Positions 46,555 through 55,563 of a DNA stretch of 64,000 nucleotides are shown here, in pieces. The notes under the pieces were generated by a model. That model did not search any database, was not told the DNA's origin, and saw only the letters and a program-made list of their open reading frames with translations. A program made the translations under genes and the position numbers. Positions within the stretch are counted from its first letter, which is position 1; each line of letters begins with the position of its first letter. Source of the stretch: a virus; IMG/VR virus record IMGVR_UViG_3300050498_000393. One strand, 5' to 3'.

Positions 46555-47412
46555 GTGGGTAAGTGGACCGACGTCGCGACGTGGCGAGGTCCAACCGAGA
46601 ACGAGGGGCCGGCACTCACGACCCACCGAGGTCTCGTGTTGCACATCGCGCAAGGATATTACGAAGGTACGATCGCGTGGCAGAAGAACCCCGACGCCAA
46701 CGTGTCGAGTCACTTCGTCATCGGCAAGAACGAGGGTGAGTGCGCACAGATCGTTGACACGGATCGCCAGGCGTGGACCCAGCGGGCGGGTAACTCGTCG
46801 TGGATGTCGTCCGAAAACGCCGGGTTCGTACCGGACGCGCTCACCGCGTGGCAGATCGAGGCGAACGCGCGGATCTTCGCGAAGGGTTATCTCGTCTACG
46901 GCTGGCCTCTGGTGGTCGCCAACAACCCAACCGAGCGTGGTCTCGGACACCACTCGATGGATCGTGAGGGCATCGACGCCGAGTGGGGTCACGATGACTG
47001 CCCGGGGTCCAACATCATCAAGCAGAAGCAGGCGATCGTCGACCGCGCGATCCAGATCGTAAACGGAGAAAGTGACGACATGGAGCAAACCGAGAAGCTG
47101 ATCAATGACACCGGTTCCTCGAATCGTACCGTGGGCAACGTGCTGGCCGACGTGGAAAACCTACGTAACTGGCTGGTCTCCACACCCGGCACATCAACGC
47201 TCGGTACGCCACCGCCGGGTTCGGTCGGTGCGATCATGCTCGAATCGGCTCAAAAGCCGCCGGTCAACGCCGCCGAACTCTGGGCGATCATGCGCGAGGA
47301 CACCGAGTGGCGCCTGGCGCTAGCCGGTGACATCGCAGCGTTGATCAACCGGAGCTCGATGACGGTCAGTCTGACCGGCTCCATGTCCGGCTCGGCGGTG
47401 CCCACGACCTGA
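46555..47412 (+). CDS. endolysin, N-acetylmuramoyl-L-alanine amidase (amidase_2/PGRP type)
   Basis: LVLHIAQG..SSHFVIGKNEGECAQIVD..WGHDDCPG zinc-ligand pattern. C-terminal domain unassigned. Confidence 0.75.
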   Translation: MGKWTDVATWRGPTENEGPALTTHRGLVLHIAQGYYEGTIAWQKNPDANVSSHFVIGKNEGECAQIVDTDRQAWTQRAGNSSWMSSENAGFVPDALTAWQIEANARIFAKGYLVYGWPLVVANNPTERGLGHHSMDREGIDAEWGHDDCPGSNIIKQKQAIVDRAIQIVNGESDDMEQTEKLINDTGSSNRTVGNVLADVENLRNWLVSTPGTSTLGTPPPGSVGAIMLESAQKPPVNAAELWAIMREDTEWRLALAGDIAALINRSSMTVSLTGSMSGSAVPTT

Positions 47413-47434
47413 CTAAACAATCTTGCACGACACC

Positions 47435-47463
47435 ACGGCGGGGCGTTTACAGCGCTCCGCCGT
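47435..47463 (+). terminator. 11-bp stem-loop after the endolysin gene
   Basis: ACGGCGGGGCG-loop-CGCTCCGCCGT (one G-U pair). Confidence 0.5.
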
Positions 47464-47465
47464 CC

Positions 47466-47507
47466 TGATATGATGAGACTATCAGGACCGTAGACCGAGG
47501 AGGATCA
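47466..47507 (+). promoter_or_regulatory. extended -10 promoter TGATATGAT plus CCGTAGACCGAGGAGG leader
   Basis: CCTGATATGATGAGACTATCAGGACCGTAGACCGAGGAGGATCA-GTG. The CCTGATA/TATCAGG arms are also an inverted repeat. Confidence 0.55.
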
Positions 47508-47717
47508 GTGACTACCGTATCTCCCAAGTTTCCCGACGTAGTGGTCAAGTTGACCGGTGTTGATGGCAACGCGTTCAACCTGATCGGTATCGTGACCGGC
47601 GCACTACGGCGTGCCGGCCACCGCGACGCAATCCGTGAGTTTTTGGACGCGGCGTTCGAATGCGATAACTACGATGCGCTGCTCCAGCACATCATGAAGA
47701 CCGTGGAGGTGCGCTGA
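47508..47717 (+). CDS. hypothetical protein (69 aa)
   Basis: GTG ORF following the promoter/leader with a strong SD. Confidence 0.65.
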   Translation: MTTVSPKFPDVVVKLTGVDGNAFNLIGIVTGALRRAGHRDAIREFLDAAFECDNYDALLQHIMKTVEVR

Positions 47718-48643
47718 TGACCAACACGACGCTGACCAACACGCAGTTCTCCGCGCGCGAGGTGCCCTGGATGAAGCTGGGCAAGCTCGTGGACGAGCCG
47801 ACGACCGCCGCCGAGGCGGCCAAGCTAGGCGGCCTTGACTTCAAGGTCGAGAAGCGTGAACTCTGGTTCACCGGCCTGCACGGTATGCAGGTGATCAAGG
47901 AGCGCTGTGCCGTCGTACACCGCGACACCGAGGAATGGCTCGGGATCATGAGCGACGAGTACCCGCTGCTTCAGTACTCCGAGGCCTTCGACTTCATGGA
48001 CACGATCTCCCCCACGTTCGTCGCCGCGGGTGCGCTACACGGCGGTCGGCAGGGCTTCATGGTCGTCCGGGCACCGGGCAAGTGGGAGTTCAAGCTCGCA
48101 CACGGTACCGATCTCCACCACCTCTACCTCGTGTTACGCACGTCGCACGACGGCTCGCGCGCCGTCGAGGTGTCGATCCAACCACTACGCGGGCTGTGCA
48201 TGAACCAACTGACCCTGCGGTCATTCGTCGCCGGGGTACCCCACCGCTGGTCGATACCGCACACCAGCACCATGACTACGAAGTTGGCCGAGGCGAAGAA
48301 GTCCATCCACAAGTTCAACGAGTACGGCGCGGCGCTGACCAAGCTCAGCGACAAGCTGGTAGACCTGAAGGTCGGCCAGCCGCTCGCCCAGCAGGTACTC
48401 ACCCGCGTGATTCCCGATCGTCCACGTGCCCAGGAGGTGCGTGAGGAGATCCTGAAACTGTGGACCGGCGCCCCGACGGTCGGCTACGCCGGTACCGGTT
48501 GGGGTCTGGTCAACGCGATCAGCGAGTACTTCGAGTGGGGTCGCACCGGCGGCACACCGCAATCGCGTTTCGTCGGTGCCCTGCAGGGCCAGACGCACCA
48601 GGCGATCAACCGCGCCGCGGGTCTGCTGTTGTCCCGCGCCTGA
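47717..48643 (+). CDS. DUF932-like protein (308 aa)
   Basis: The N-terminal REVPWMKLG..AAEAAKLGGLDFKVEKREL... and ..GGRQGFMVV.. pattern is typical of the phage/plasmid DUF932 family. Recognition from memory only. Confidence 0.5.
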   Translation: MTNTTLTNTQFSAREVPWMKLGKLVDEPTTAAEAAKLGGLDFKVEKRELWFTGLHGMQVIKERCAVVHRDTEEWLGIMSDEYPLLQYSEAFDFMDTISPTFVAAGALHGGRQGFMVVRAPGKWEFKLAHGTDLHHLYLVLRTSHDGSRAVEVSIQPLRGLCMNQLTLRSFVAGVPHRWSIPHTSTMTTKLAEAKKSIHKFNEYGAALTKLSDKLVDLKVGQPLAQQVLTRVIPDRPRAQEVREEILKLWTGAPTVGYAGTGWGLVNAISEYFEWGRTGGTPQSRFVGALQGQTHQAINRAAGLLLSRA

Positions 48644-48660
48644 GAGAACGATCTGAGCAA

Positions 48661-48689
48661 GCGGGTCCCGGGCATCAACCGGGACCCGC
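48661..48689 (+). terminator. perfect 11-bp stem-loop
   Basis: GCGGGTCCCGG-N7-CCGGGACCCGC, followed by CTCTCGTAGGAGG and the WhiB start. Confidence 0.5.
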
Positions 48690-48710
48690 ATCTCTCGTAG
48701 GAGGTTCCGG

Positions 48711-49049
48711 GTGGCTAGGCAGTTGCTCATCCTACCTGATTGGTCGGCGCGCAAGGACCTAGTGTGTACGACAATGGACCCCGAGCTGTTTCACCCACTG
48801 CACGACGATGGCGTCGAGGCCGCGCAGGCGACCGCCGCGTGTTGGCGTTGTCCGGCGCGCGCCGAGTGCCTCGAGTGGGCGTTGGCGAACGACGAGCAGG
48901 GCGTGTGGGGCGGCACCACGGACTTCGAACGTCGACAACTGGTGTCACGTAAGACGCGCGTCAAGTGTCCCGGCTGCGGCGCACGTGACGTGGACACCAT
49001 TCCCGGCGGTGAGGTGTGTTACCGCTGCGGGTTATCCTGGTTGATATAG
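48711..49049 (+). CDS. WhiB-family regulator with extra C-terminal zinc ribbon
   Basis: Cys cluster C..(ATAAC)WRC..C and the GVWGG turn. C-terminal CPGC..CYRC. Confidence 0.8.
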   Translation: MARQLLILPDWSARKDLVCTTMDPELFHPLHDDGVEAAQATAACWRCPARAECLEWALANDEQGVWGGTTDFERRQLVSRKTRVKCPGCGARDVDTIPGGEVCYRCGLSWLI

Positions 49050-49050
49050 T
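49042..49050 (+). promoter_or_regulatory. extended -10 element TGATATAGT
   Basis: Overlaps the WhiB stop codon. Lies upstream of two hairpins and the dehydratase gene. Confidence 0.35.
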
Positions 49051-49069
49051 TTGTACCAAAAATCAAGGC

Positions 49070-49128
49070 CGGCCAGGTCATCCTGGCCGCACAAACGACG
49101 CCGGTCCCGGGTGGTAGCCCGGGACCGG
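49070..49128 (+). terminator. two consecutive stem-loops
   Basis: CGGCCAGG-TCAT-CCTGGCCG (49070-49089) and CCGGTCCCGGG-N6-CCCGGGACCGG (49101-49128). Confidence 0.45.
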
Positions 49129-49141
49129 TTACTATCTGATC

Positions 49142-50149
49142 ATGGTCGATCGCGTGCTACTCACGGGGGCGTCAGGTTTCGTCGGCGCGCACGTTCTACG
49201 TCACCTGCTGATCAACACGAACTCACATGTGCTCTGTCCGGTGACCTTTCGTCACCGTGGCAACGCCGACCGGATCGCCTCGTCGCTGCAAGATCACCCC
49301 GAGTGGCAGGAGCGCGTCACGGTCGAGATGTGCGACCTAGCGGGCCCGCTGGCCGAGTCGCAGTTGAAGCGGTGGGGTGATGTAGACACGATCCTCAACG
49401 TGGCCAGCGAGTCGCACGTGGACCGCAGCATCGCGGATCCGGCAGGATTCATCGCGAACAACGTTGCGATCATCACCACGCTACTCGAGTACGCCCGCTG
49501 GGCACGTCCACGGTTCTTCGTGCAGACCAGCACCGACGAGGTGTACGGTCCGGCGCCGCTTGGCTACGCACATCGCGAGTGGGACGCGATCGTTCCCAGC
49601 AACCCGTACGCCGCGTCGAAGGCCGCGCAGGAGGCGGTGTGCGTTGCCTACTGGCGCACCTACGGCGTACCCATCTTGCTAACCAACACCATGAACATGT
49701 TCGGTGAGATGCAGGACCCCGAGAAGTTCGTCGCCAAGGCGATCCGTCTACTGTGTCGCGGCGAGTCCGTGCCGGTGCACGTGTCCCCGGAGGGTGTGTC
49801 GGGTTCCCGGTTCTACCTACACGCGCGCAACCTCGCCGATGCCTGGCTCCACCTAACGACGCGCGACGTGGTACGTCACGCGGACGGCGCCGATCGACCG
49901 GACCGTTATCACGTCGTCGGCGAACGCGAGATCACCAACATAGATATGGTTCGACTCATCGCCGAGTTCCTAGGTGTTGAACCCAACTGGCACGCCGTGG
50001 ACTTTCACAGCTCACGCCCGGGGCACGATTTACGGTACGCGCTAGACGGCACAAAGTTGGCAGACACCGGGTGGCGGCACCCGTATTCACTCGAGAAGTC
50101 ACTCGCGAAAACGATCGAGTGGACGCTGACTCATCCCGAGTGGCTGTAG
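49142..50149 (+). CDS. NDP-sugar 4,6-dehydratase/epimerase (SDR, RmlB-like)
   Basis: VLLTGASGFVGAHV, YAASKAAQE (YxxxK), 335 aa. Converges on the glycosyltransferase block. Confidence 0.75.
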   Translation: MVDRVLLTGASGFVGAHVLRHLLINTNSHVLCPVTFRHRGNADRIASSLQDHPEWQERVTVEMCDLAGPLAESQLKRWGDVDTILNVASESHVDRSIADPAGFIANNVAIITTLLEYARWARPRFFVQTSTDEVYGPAPLGYAHREWDAIVPSNPYAASKAAQEAVCVAYWRTYGVPILLTNTMNMFGEMQDPEKFVAKAIRLLCRGESVPVHVSPEGVSGSRFYLHARNLADAWLHLTTRDVVRHADGADRPDRYHVVGEREITNIDMVRLIAEFLGVEPNWHAVDFHSSRPGHDLRYALDGTKLADTGWRHPYSLEKSLAKTIEWTLTHPEWL

Positions 50150-51192
50150 GCCTTTTCCCAGGCCTCCCACCAGTGATGTGCGTTCTTCGATATCGTTAGG
50201 TATTCACGCACACGTTCACGCGACTCGGCGCCGATGTCCGCGCGCATATCCGGGTTATCGAGCAGAAGCTTGATCTCCCGGTACCACTGCTTAGGCTTGT
50301 CGGCGAGTCGACCGATGCCGTACTTGTTGTGTAGACGTAAGTAGTCGGCGCGTGGCGACACGACGCACGGCGCACCCACCGCCGCGTATTCCAGTGGTTT
50401 AAGCCACGACTTCGCCGCGTTGAAGAGCGTGTCAGCCAGCGGGGCGATACCCACCCCGACGTGTTGTGCGACGCTCGCCGGCCAGTCAGCCTGCTCCACC
50501 GGTCCCGTGCCGTCAGCCCACGTTTCGGGTAGCTTCAACGCACGCCCCACCCCGTGCGGCGAACCGATCACGCGGAACTCGTACCCCTCGTTAACGAGAC
50601 GCGAGATCGATGATCCGATAACGTCCAGGTCGCGCGGGTGTGAGTGGAACGAACCGGCCCAGGCGATCCGTGACGAGTCCTCGTGTGGCAGATCGAGGTA
50701 GAGGTCGGGCACGTAGTTCTTGATCACTGATACCCGGCCGTGCGGTGCGTACCGCCGGGCGAGTGCGTCGGTGGTGCACGTCACCCAGTCTGCCGTTTCG
50801 CACGCGCGTTGGCAGTGTTGCCAGCTGTGATCCGAGTCACCGTGCGTCGGGTGTAGGTGTGTCCACGCCGGGTTCGCCGGGTCGATTCGTGCGAGGTCAT
50901 CGTCGATGTCCACGACGACGCGCACCCCGTGGCGACGTTGCATCACCGGAATGGCGTCGGCGAGCGTCCGACTCGTAACACGCTGTAACACGATGACATC
51001 GGCGTTGACCGGTAACTTCACGTCGAGTATCTCGCCGGTGTGCTTATTGACGCTCGCCGCCATGTTTCGCTTCTGCTCCTCGGGCGACACAGTGTACACG
51101 TCACAGCCCTGACGTCGAAGCTCCGCGGCCGGCCAGATCGCACGAAAGTGTCCGCAGCCAGTCTGATCGGCGGGGAATACGTAGACCTTCAC
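50131..51192 (-). CDS. glycosyltransferase (GT-B-like, 353 aa)
   Basis: Last gene of the tail-proximal sugar cluster. The N-terminal MKVYVFPADQTGCGHFR pattern and C-terminal ..LKPLEYAAVGAPCVVSP.. are typical of GT1/GT4-type donors. GTGA overlap start. Confidence 0.6.
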   Translation of the reverse strand: MKVYVFPADQTGCGHFRAIWPAAELRRQGCDVYTVSPEEQKRNMAASVNKHTGEILDVKLPVNADVIVLQRVTSRTLADAIPVMQRRHGVRVVVDIDDDLARIDPANPAWTHLHPTHGDSDHSWQHCQRACETADWVTCTTDALARRYAPHGRVSVIKNYVPDLYLDLPHEDSSRIAWAGSFHSHPRDLDVIGSSISRLVNEGYEFRVIGSPHGVGRALKLPETWADGTGPVEQADWPASVAQHVGVGIAPLADTLFNAAKSWLKPLEYAAVGAPCVVSPRADYLRLHNKYGIGRLADKPKQWYREIKLLLDNPDMRADIGAESRERVREYLTISKNAHHWWEAWEKAYSHSG

Positions 51193-51311
51193 ATGAGTCT
51201 CCCGAGGAGCGCCAGTGCGATGAACAACCCGAGGATGCCACCGGCCCAGAGTGTGATCGCGCCGACGAGTAACGCAATGTCCCAGAGCGTGCGACGCAGA
51301 CTTATACCCAT
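51189..51311 (-). CDS. tiny membrane protein (40 aa)
   Basis: MGISLRRTLWDIALLVGAITLWAGGILGLFIALALLGRLM. Confidence 0.45.
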   Translation of the reverse strand: MGISLRRTLWDIALLVGAITLWAGGILGLFIALALLGRLM

Positions 51312-51321
51312 ACGTTCGATT

Positions 51322-51915
51322 TTACCACCGGTGTGGTAATCCCGAGGTGTTCTGGCTGTCGTGGTGCCAGAGCCACGTGAACGGGTACGCGGGATCGACA
51401 AAGTGTGAGATCTTCGCGCCCAGCTTCTCGCACTCCTCCTGGAACAACCAGTCCTCACCCGAGTTCGCCGGGTTTCGGTTGGCATCGCTGAAGCCGACGG
51501 CCTGGGCGAGCTCCGTCTTAACGAGGATAGTGATCGTCGAGGCGATCGGCGCGGCCGGATCATAGGGCACGGCCCAGCGTCCCGGCGGAAACGGGTCCAT
51601 CCCGCCAACGACCTGGAACCACGAGAAGACGTAATCGGCGTCGGCGTCGAGCGCGTGCTGAAGCAGCAGCGACAAGTGCTCGGGTAGAAACTCGTCGTCG
51701 TCGTCGAGGAAGGCGGTCCAAGGTGAGCGTACGGCCTCCAGCGCTCTCTGTCGCGTGACGGCGGCCCCGGTACGATGGTTGTCTACGGCTACCGAGATCG
51801 CGTCCGCTGGAAGCGTCTGGTCGAGGACGCTGGCGATGGCCCGCCGCAGTAGTTGTCGACGCGGTGGGATGGACGGAATGCAAACGGTGATTCCGCAGTC
51901 AGCTCGCAGTCCCAC
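51322..51915 (-). CDS. GT-A (family 2-like) glycosyltransferase
   Basis: ITVCIPSIPPRR..LDQTLPADAISVAVDN..AFLDDDDEF (DxD). Confidence 0.7.
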   Translation of the reverse strand: MGLRADCGITVCIPSIPPRRQLLRRAIASVLDQTLPADAISVAVDNHRTGAAVTRQRALEAVRSPWTAFLDDDDEFLPEHLSLLLQHALDADADYVFSWFQVVGGMDPFPPGRWAVPYDPAAPIASTITILVKTELAQAVGFSDANRNPANSGEDWLFQEECEKLGAKISHFVDPAYPFTWLWHHDSQNTSGLPHRW

Positions 51916-52537
51916 CGCGTCCTCCTAGGTTGGCACCGTGGAAGTGATACCGCCACGTCACCTCGGGCACGTGCACGAACTCGGCACCGGCGTCGAGTAG
52001 ACGCAGCAGTAGACCGTAGTCCTCACAGTCACCGGAGGCGACCGCCGGGAACGAGTTCGGCTGTGGAAAGCCGCCGACCTTCCGGATCAGCTCCGTCTCA
52101 CCGAGCCACGTTACCGGGATGAAGTTACCGAGCTCCCGCAGGTGCCGACGTTGCTCGACGCCGAACGGTACACCGAACGGCGACACGAGGTGCCCGTTCA
52201 CCGACGTGGCTAACGGATCACGACCTCCGACGAACTGAGCATACGAGTAGGCGAGCTGCGCCCGCGCGCGACGGATGCCCTTGACGAGCGACTGGATGTG
52301 CGTCGGCAGCAGCTCATCATCATCGTCGAGCCACGCCACCCAGCGCGTCTTCACCTGGGCGAGTGCTTTGTTACGCGTGGTGGCGGCACCCTCCCGTAGG
52401 TGATCATCGATGATGATGATCTCGGTGGGTGCGAGTGTCTGGTTGAGCACCGAGTCGAGCGCGCGACCGAGCAGCTCGCGTCGCTCGTAGATCGTGGGTA
52501 TGACGACGGTTACGTCGGGTGACGAGATCACAGGCAC
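51899..52537 (-). CDS. GT-A (family 2-like) glycosyltransferase
   Basis: VTVVIPTIYERR..LNQTLAPTEIIIIDD..AWLDDDDEL (DxD). Confidence 0.7.
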   Translation of the reverse strand: MPVISSPDVTVVIPTIYERRELLGRALDSVLNQTLAPTEIIIIDDHLREGAATTRNKALAQVKTRWVAWLDDDDELLPTHIQSLVKGIRRARAQLAYSYAQFVGGRDPLATSVNGHLVSPFGVPFGVEQRRHLRELGNFIPVTWLGETELIRKVGGFPQPNSFPAVASGDCEDYGLLLRLLDAGAEFVHVPEVTWRYHFHGANLGGRGGTAS

Positions 52538-53073
52538 CCCCAGATGCCGAACCGATACACGAGTTGGGTGTCGTAGAGCAACAGCCGATCGACCTTCCAG
52601 CCGGCATTGTGTAACATCTTCTCGATCTCGTCGACGTCCCAGCCCCAGTAATGCTCGGGGTTGTCGGCGGTAGTCTCACCGTCGGGTGTGGAGAGAATAA
52701 GCATCCGTGCCCGTTGCCGGATCTGCTCGAGTAGCCAGTCGGGTCGCTCGACGTGTTCGAGTGTCTCGGTACAGATGAACAGGTCCACCGCGGGTTCGAG
52801 GTCGAGGACAGCCTCCTCGATCGGACGACCGAGCAGCAGATCGTTCGTGTAACACAGTCGCTCGGGTGCGCCGAGTGCACGGACAATCGCGGCGTCACCG
52901 CATGATAGGTCGGCGATCGACGTCACTCGGTACGAGTCGGCGTACCAGCGGGCGAGTCGCGTCGTCAGCGCGATGCGCGTCCGGTGATCCTCCCACCGTG
53001 TGTGATCATAGGGGCGCGAGTAGACTCGCGCGAGTTCCTCGGCCGAGTAGAACGGCCTCAACTGCCTTCTCAA
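52528..53073 (-). CDS. class I SAM-dependent methyltransferase
   Basis: IADLSCGDAAI and DLFICTETLEHV motifs. TTG start at 53073 with an AAGGAGG SD (TTGA overlap). The track start at 53157 is rejected. Confidence 0.6.
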   Translation of the reverse strand: MRRQLRPFYSAEELARVYSRPYDHTRWEDHRTRIALTTRLARWYADSYRVTSIADLSCGDAAIVRALGAPERLCYTNDLLLGRPIEEAVLDLEPAVDLFICTETLEHVERPDWLLEQIRQRARMLILSTPDGETTADNPEHYWGWDVDEIEKMLHNAGWKVDRLLLYDTQLVYRFGIWGCL

Positions 53074-53738
53074 GCCAGCGCCTCCTTGACCTTGCGAACG
53101 TCGTCCCAGAAGTGGTTGTTCATGTAAGTCTCGTAGGCGATGCCGTCGTGGTGCCACATGGCCGTCGAGTTGACGAACGCGTAGCGCTCGTCATCCGGCG
53201 CCTTACCGCCCGCGGCGGGGTGTACGTGCTCGATAACGACATCTGGCAGGTAGTGCAGCGTGCCGAGGGCCGAGCCGAGTTCCTTCCAGAAGTTGTCGAT
53301 GTAGAGGTGAGTGATACCTGGCGGCACCATGAAGCCAAGCGCGTGAATGATGCGTGCATCCATCGCAACCGCGGTGGGTAGGTTCTGTCGTTGGAATAAG
53401 TCATCACCGTATGCGATGCCGCCGTTACGACACTCCGTCAGGAGTCGTGTGTCCCAACCCTGTGTGCGCGGCACGTGATCATCACCCATGAATGCGATGA
53501 CGGTGTGATCGGTCTCGTGAAGCACCGCGTAGAAGTTGAGCGTCGGTCCTAAGCCGCCGAGAGGTGGCGTGATCGTGAGACTCACGCCGCGTCGACCAAC
53601 TAGTGGTAGATAACGCGCCACTTCCGGGTCATCCTCGTCGCAAACAACCAGTAGGTCCGAGATCTCGGCCGTGGACCACGCGTCTACCAGACGCGCGATG
53701 TTCTGCGGCCGTCCACGTGACGGCACGATGGTCAGCAT
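53070..53738 (-). CDS. glycosyltransferase-like protein (222 aa)
   Basis: MLTIVPSRGRPQN..LLVVCDEDDPE.. GT-A-like start. Leaderless ATG (TATAGT-N6-ATG). Confidence 0.55.
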   Translation of the reverse strand: MLTIVPSRGRPQNIARLVDAWSTAEISDLLVVCDEDDPEVARYLPLVGRRGVSLTITPPLGGLGPTLNFYAVLHETDHTVIAFMGDDHVPRTQGWDTRLLTECRNGGIAYGDDLFQRQNLPTAVAMDARIIHALGFMVPPGITHLYIDNFWKELGSALGTLHYLPDVVIEHVHPAAGGKAPDDERYAFVNSTAMWHHDGIAYETYMNNHFWDDVRKVKEALA

Positions 53739-53744
53739 GTGTTC

Positions 53745-53750
53745 ACTATA
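53745..53750 (-). promoter_or_regulatory. -10 hexamer TATAGT, leaderless arrangement
   Basis: Complement reads TGAGTAATATATAGT-GAACAC-ATG. An internal promoter between the tail genes and the sugar cluster. Confidence 0.4.
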
Positions 53751-53756
53751 TATTAC

Positions 53757-54473
53757 TCAAGCCATGCGTGTGAGTTCGACCCACGACCCCTTCTTGAGCA
53801 CCACGGCCGTGCCACTAGACGTACCCTGTGCCACCTCGAACTTCAAGTCATTAATCTCGGCGACGGTGTTGTACCACCCGACGAGCAGGCCGGACAGTGC
53901 GCCGTTAAGTGAGCCACGCACGTGGTTGGTGGCGAGCGGTGATGCGACGCCGGTGTTGATCGAACCCTCGGCGACCGTGGCGCCGGTGCCCTGCGCGAAG
54001 AACGAGGTCTCACCTACCGCGTCGGTGGCGCCCTCGATCTGTGTCCGAATGTCAGGCGTGCCGCTGGTACTGATCCACCAGAGCCAACCGAAGATTTTAA
54101 ACTCTGCGGCCATGGGCAGATCTTCAAAGATCGCAAAGACGTGATCATCAGGTGTGATGTCTGAGGTAACGGAGATGTCCTCCACGACCCGGCGAATCGT
54201 AGACTGTCCCACGGCGAGCTGGTTGCGGCTCGCGTAACCGACGACGTAGTTACCGCTGGGTGGTACGGCCATGACCATGACGCGTGTGCCGGTGACCGGC
54301 CGACCGATCAGACTTAAAAGTTCGGTGGCGACATCCTCGTCGCCGTCGATAACTCCGATCATGTTTCGATCGTCGGTGATCGTTGCCGGGCGTAGATCCC
54401 ACACCAGGCCAAGACGCCGTGCCTCCGTCTGCAACTCCTGCACGGCGATGCCGATGTCCTCGCGGTTAGGCAC
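53757..54473 (-). CDS. minor tail protein (about 238 aa)
   Basis: Lies downstream of the other minor tail genes. I prefer the GTG at 54473, which overlaps the upstream TAA. The track start is 54512. Confidence 0.55.
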   Translation of the reverse strand: MPNREDIGIAVQELQTEARRLGLVWDLRPATITDDRNMIGVIDGDEDVATELLSLIGRPVTGTRVMVMAVPPSGNYVVGYASRNQLAVGQSTIRRVVEDISVTSDITPDDHVFAIFEDLPMAAEFKIFGWLWWISTSGTPDIRTQIEGATDAVGETSFFAQGTGATVAEGSINTGVASPLATNHVRGSLNGALSGLLVGWYNTVAEINDLKFEVAQGTSSGTAVVLKKGSWVELTRMA

Positions 54474-55563
54474 CGGTGTAAGCCTTTCGTAGGATGTGAC
54501 GCATGTTTCCACCCTCAGAGAGCTGCAGTGACCACGACAGTTCGAGCCAGTTTAAACCACGCCACCGAATGACCTGGTACGAGTCGTGTCGTGGATCGGG
54601 AGCTGTGTCTAGCGCAACTCGTTCGAACACGGTGCGACGTAAACCGATGTTCCGCGCGACCGCGGCGGCCTGGTCGGGTGTGCCGAGTTGCAGTGACTGA
54701 ACATCCGAGATGACAAAGCCACGGTTCTGAATGGAGTGAGGTGCGGTAGCCGGAATGTCATATGTACCGACGGCCGGATCCTCAAAGATGTTCGAGTTCG
54801 ACACAACGACGAACCGGTTGGGTGCCTGTAGTAGGTCGTCGCTTTCGGCGACCGAACCACGGATCACCCGGTTACCGGTGTCGAAGTCCAGGTCCACGAC
54901 GTGATCGGCGGGATCGAACGAACGAATGAAGTGCATCTTACCGTCGTTGCCAAACCACGGCGAGAAGTAATCCCCCTGCACGGCCAGCGCGTCGACCACC
55001 TGCCCACCGTAGATACCCGCCGACCACGAACCGACGCCCGGAAAAGGCGTGGGTTCGGCGATGTCGTAGGTGACGGGATACCGGTTGAGAAACTCTCGTA
55101 GTGTTCGATCGGCCGAGTCTCGTACCTTGATGTTGTTGAGAATGATGACGTCGGTGCGCGCGGTGAACGCCCGGTCGAGCTGCTGGTCGATGATAAACAT
55201 CTCGTCTACGATCGCCGCGTCCGAACGAATACCGGCGGTGAACCGCCGGCGCACCTGGTCGATGAACATGTACCGCCCGAGCGGATGCTCCACCCCGCCG
55301 ATCAACATCGCGATCGTAATGCGGTCGGTTAGTGTGTTGATCGCCGCCGTATCCGCGCGTTCGAACCGCAGGTCGGTACTACGCTTAATGGTGCGCGTGG
55401 TGTCGTGCACGAGCGTGGGACGCGAGTCGCGTAGCGGCGTGAGATCACCCAGCGGCGCACCTGTCACGGCATCGACGAGCCGGAATCTGAACGTGGCGGA
55501 GCGCTGGCCGACGTGCGGTGCCAGGTCGAGTCGATCGTCGGCGGGTACCGTGGTGAGTGTCAC
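54466..55563 (-). CDS. minor tail protein (365 aa)
   Basis: GTGA overlap with the upstream gene. Position after the tape measure and the 1,063-aa tail protein. Confidence 0.6.
   Translation of the reverse strand: MTLTTVPADDRLDLAPHVGQRSATFRFRLVDAVTGAPLGDLTPLRDSRPTLVHDTTRTIKRSTDLRFERADTAAINTLTDRITIAMLIGGVEHPLGRYMFIDQVRRRFTAGIRSDAAIVDEMFIIDQQLDRAFTARTDVIILNNIKVRDSADRTLREFLNRYPVTYDIAEPTPFPGVGSWSAGIYGGQVVDALAVQGDYFSPWFGNDGKMHFIRSFDPADHVVDLDFDTGNRVIRGSVAESDDLLQAPNRFVVVSNSNIFEDPAVGTYDIPATAPHSIQNRGFVISDVQSLQLGTPDQAAAVARNIGLRRTVFERVALDTAPDPRHDSYQVIRWRGLNWLELSWSLQLSEGGNMRHILRKAYTGA

Noticed and set aside
52528-53157. Methyltransferase start at 53157, which would overlap the upstream gene by 88 nt.
   Set aside because: The N-terminal 28 residues are Arg/Gly-rich. 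The TTG at 53073 has an AAGGAGG SD and forms a TTGA overlap with the upstream stop.
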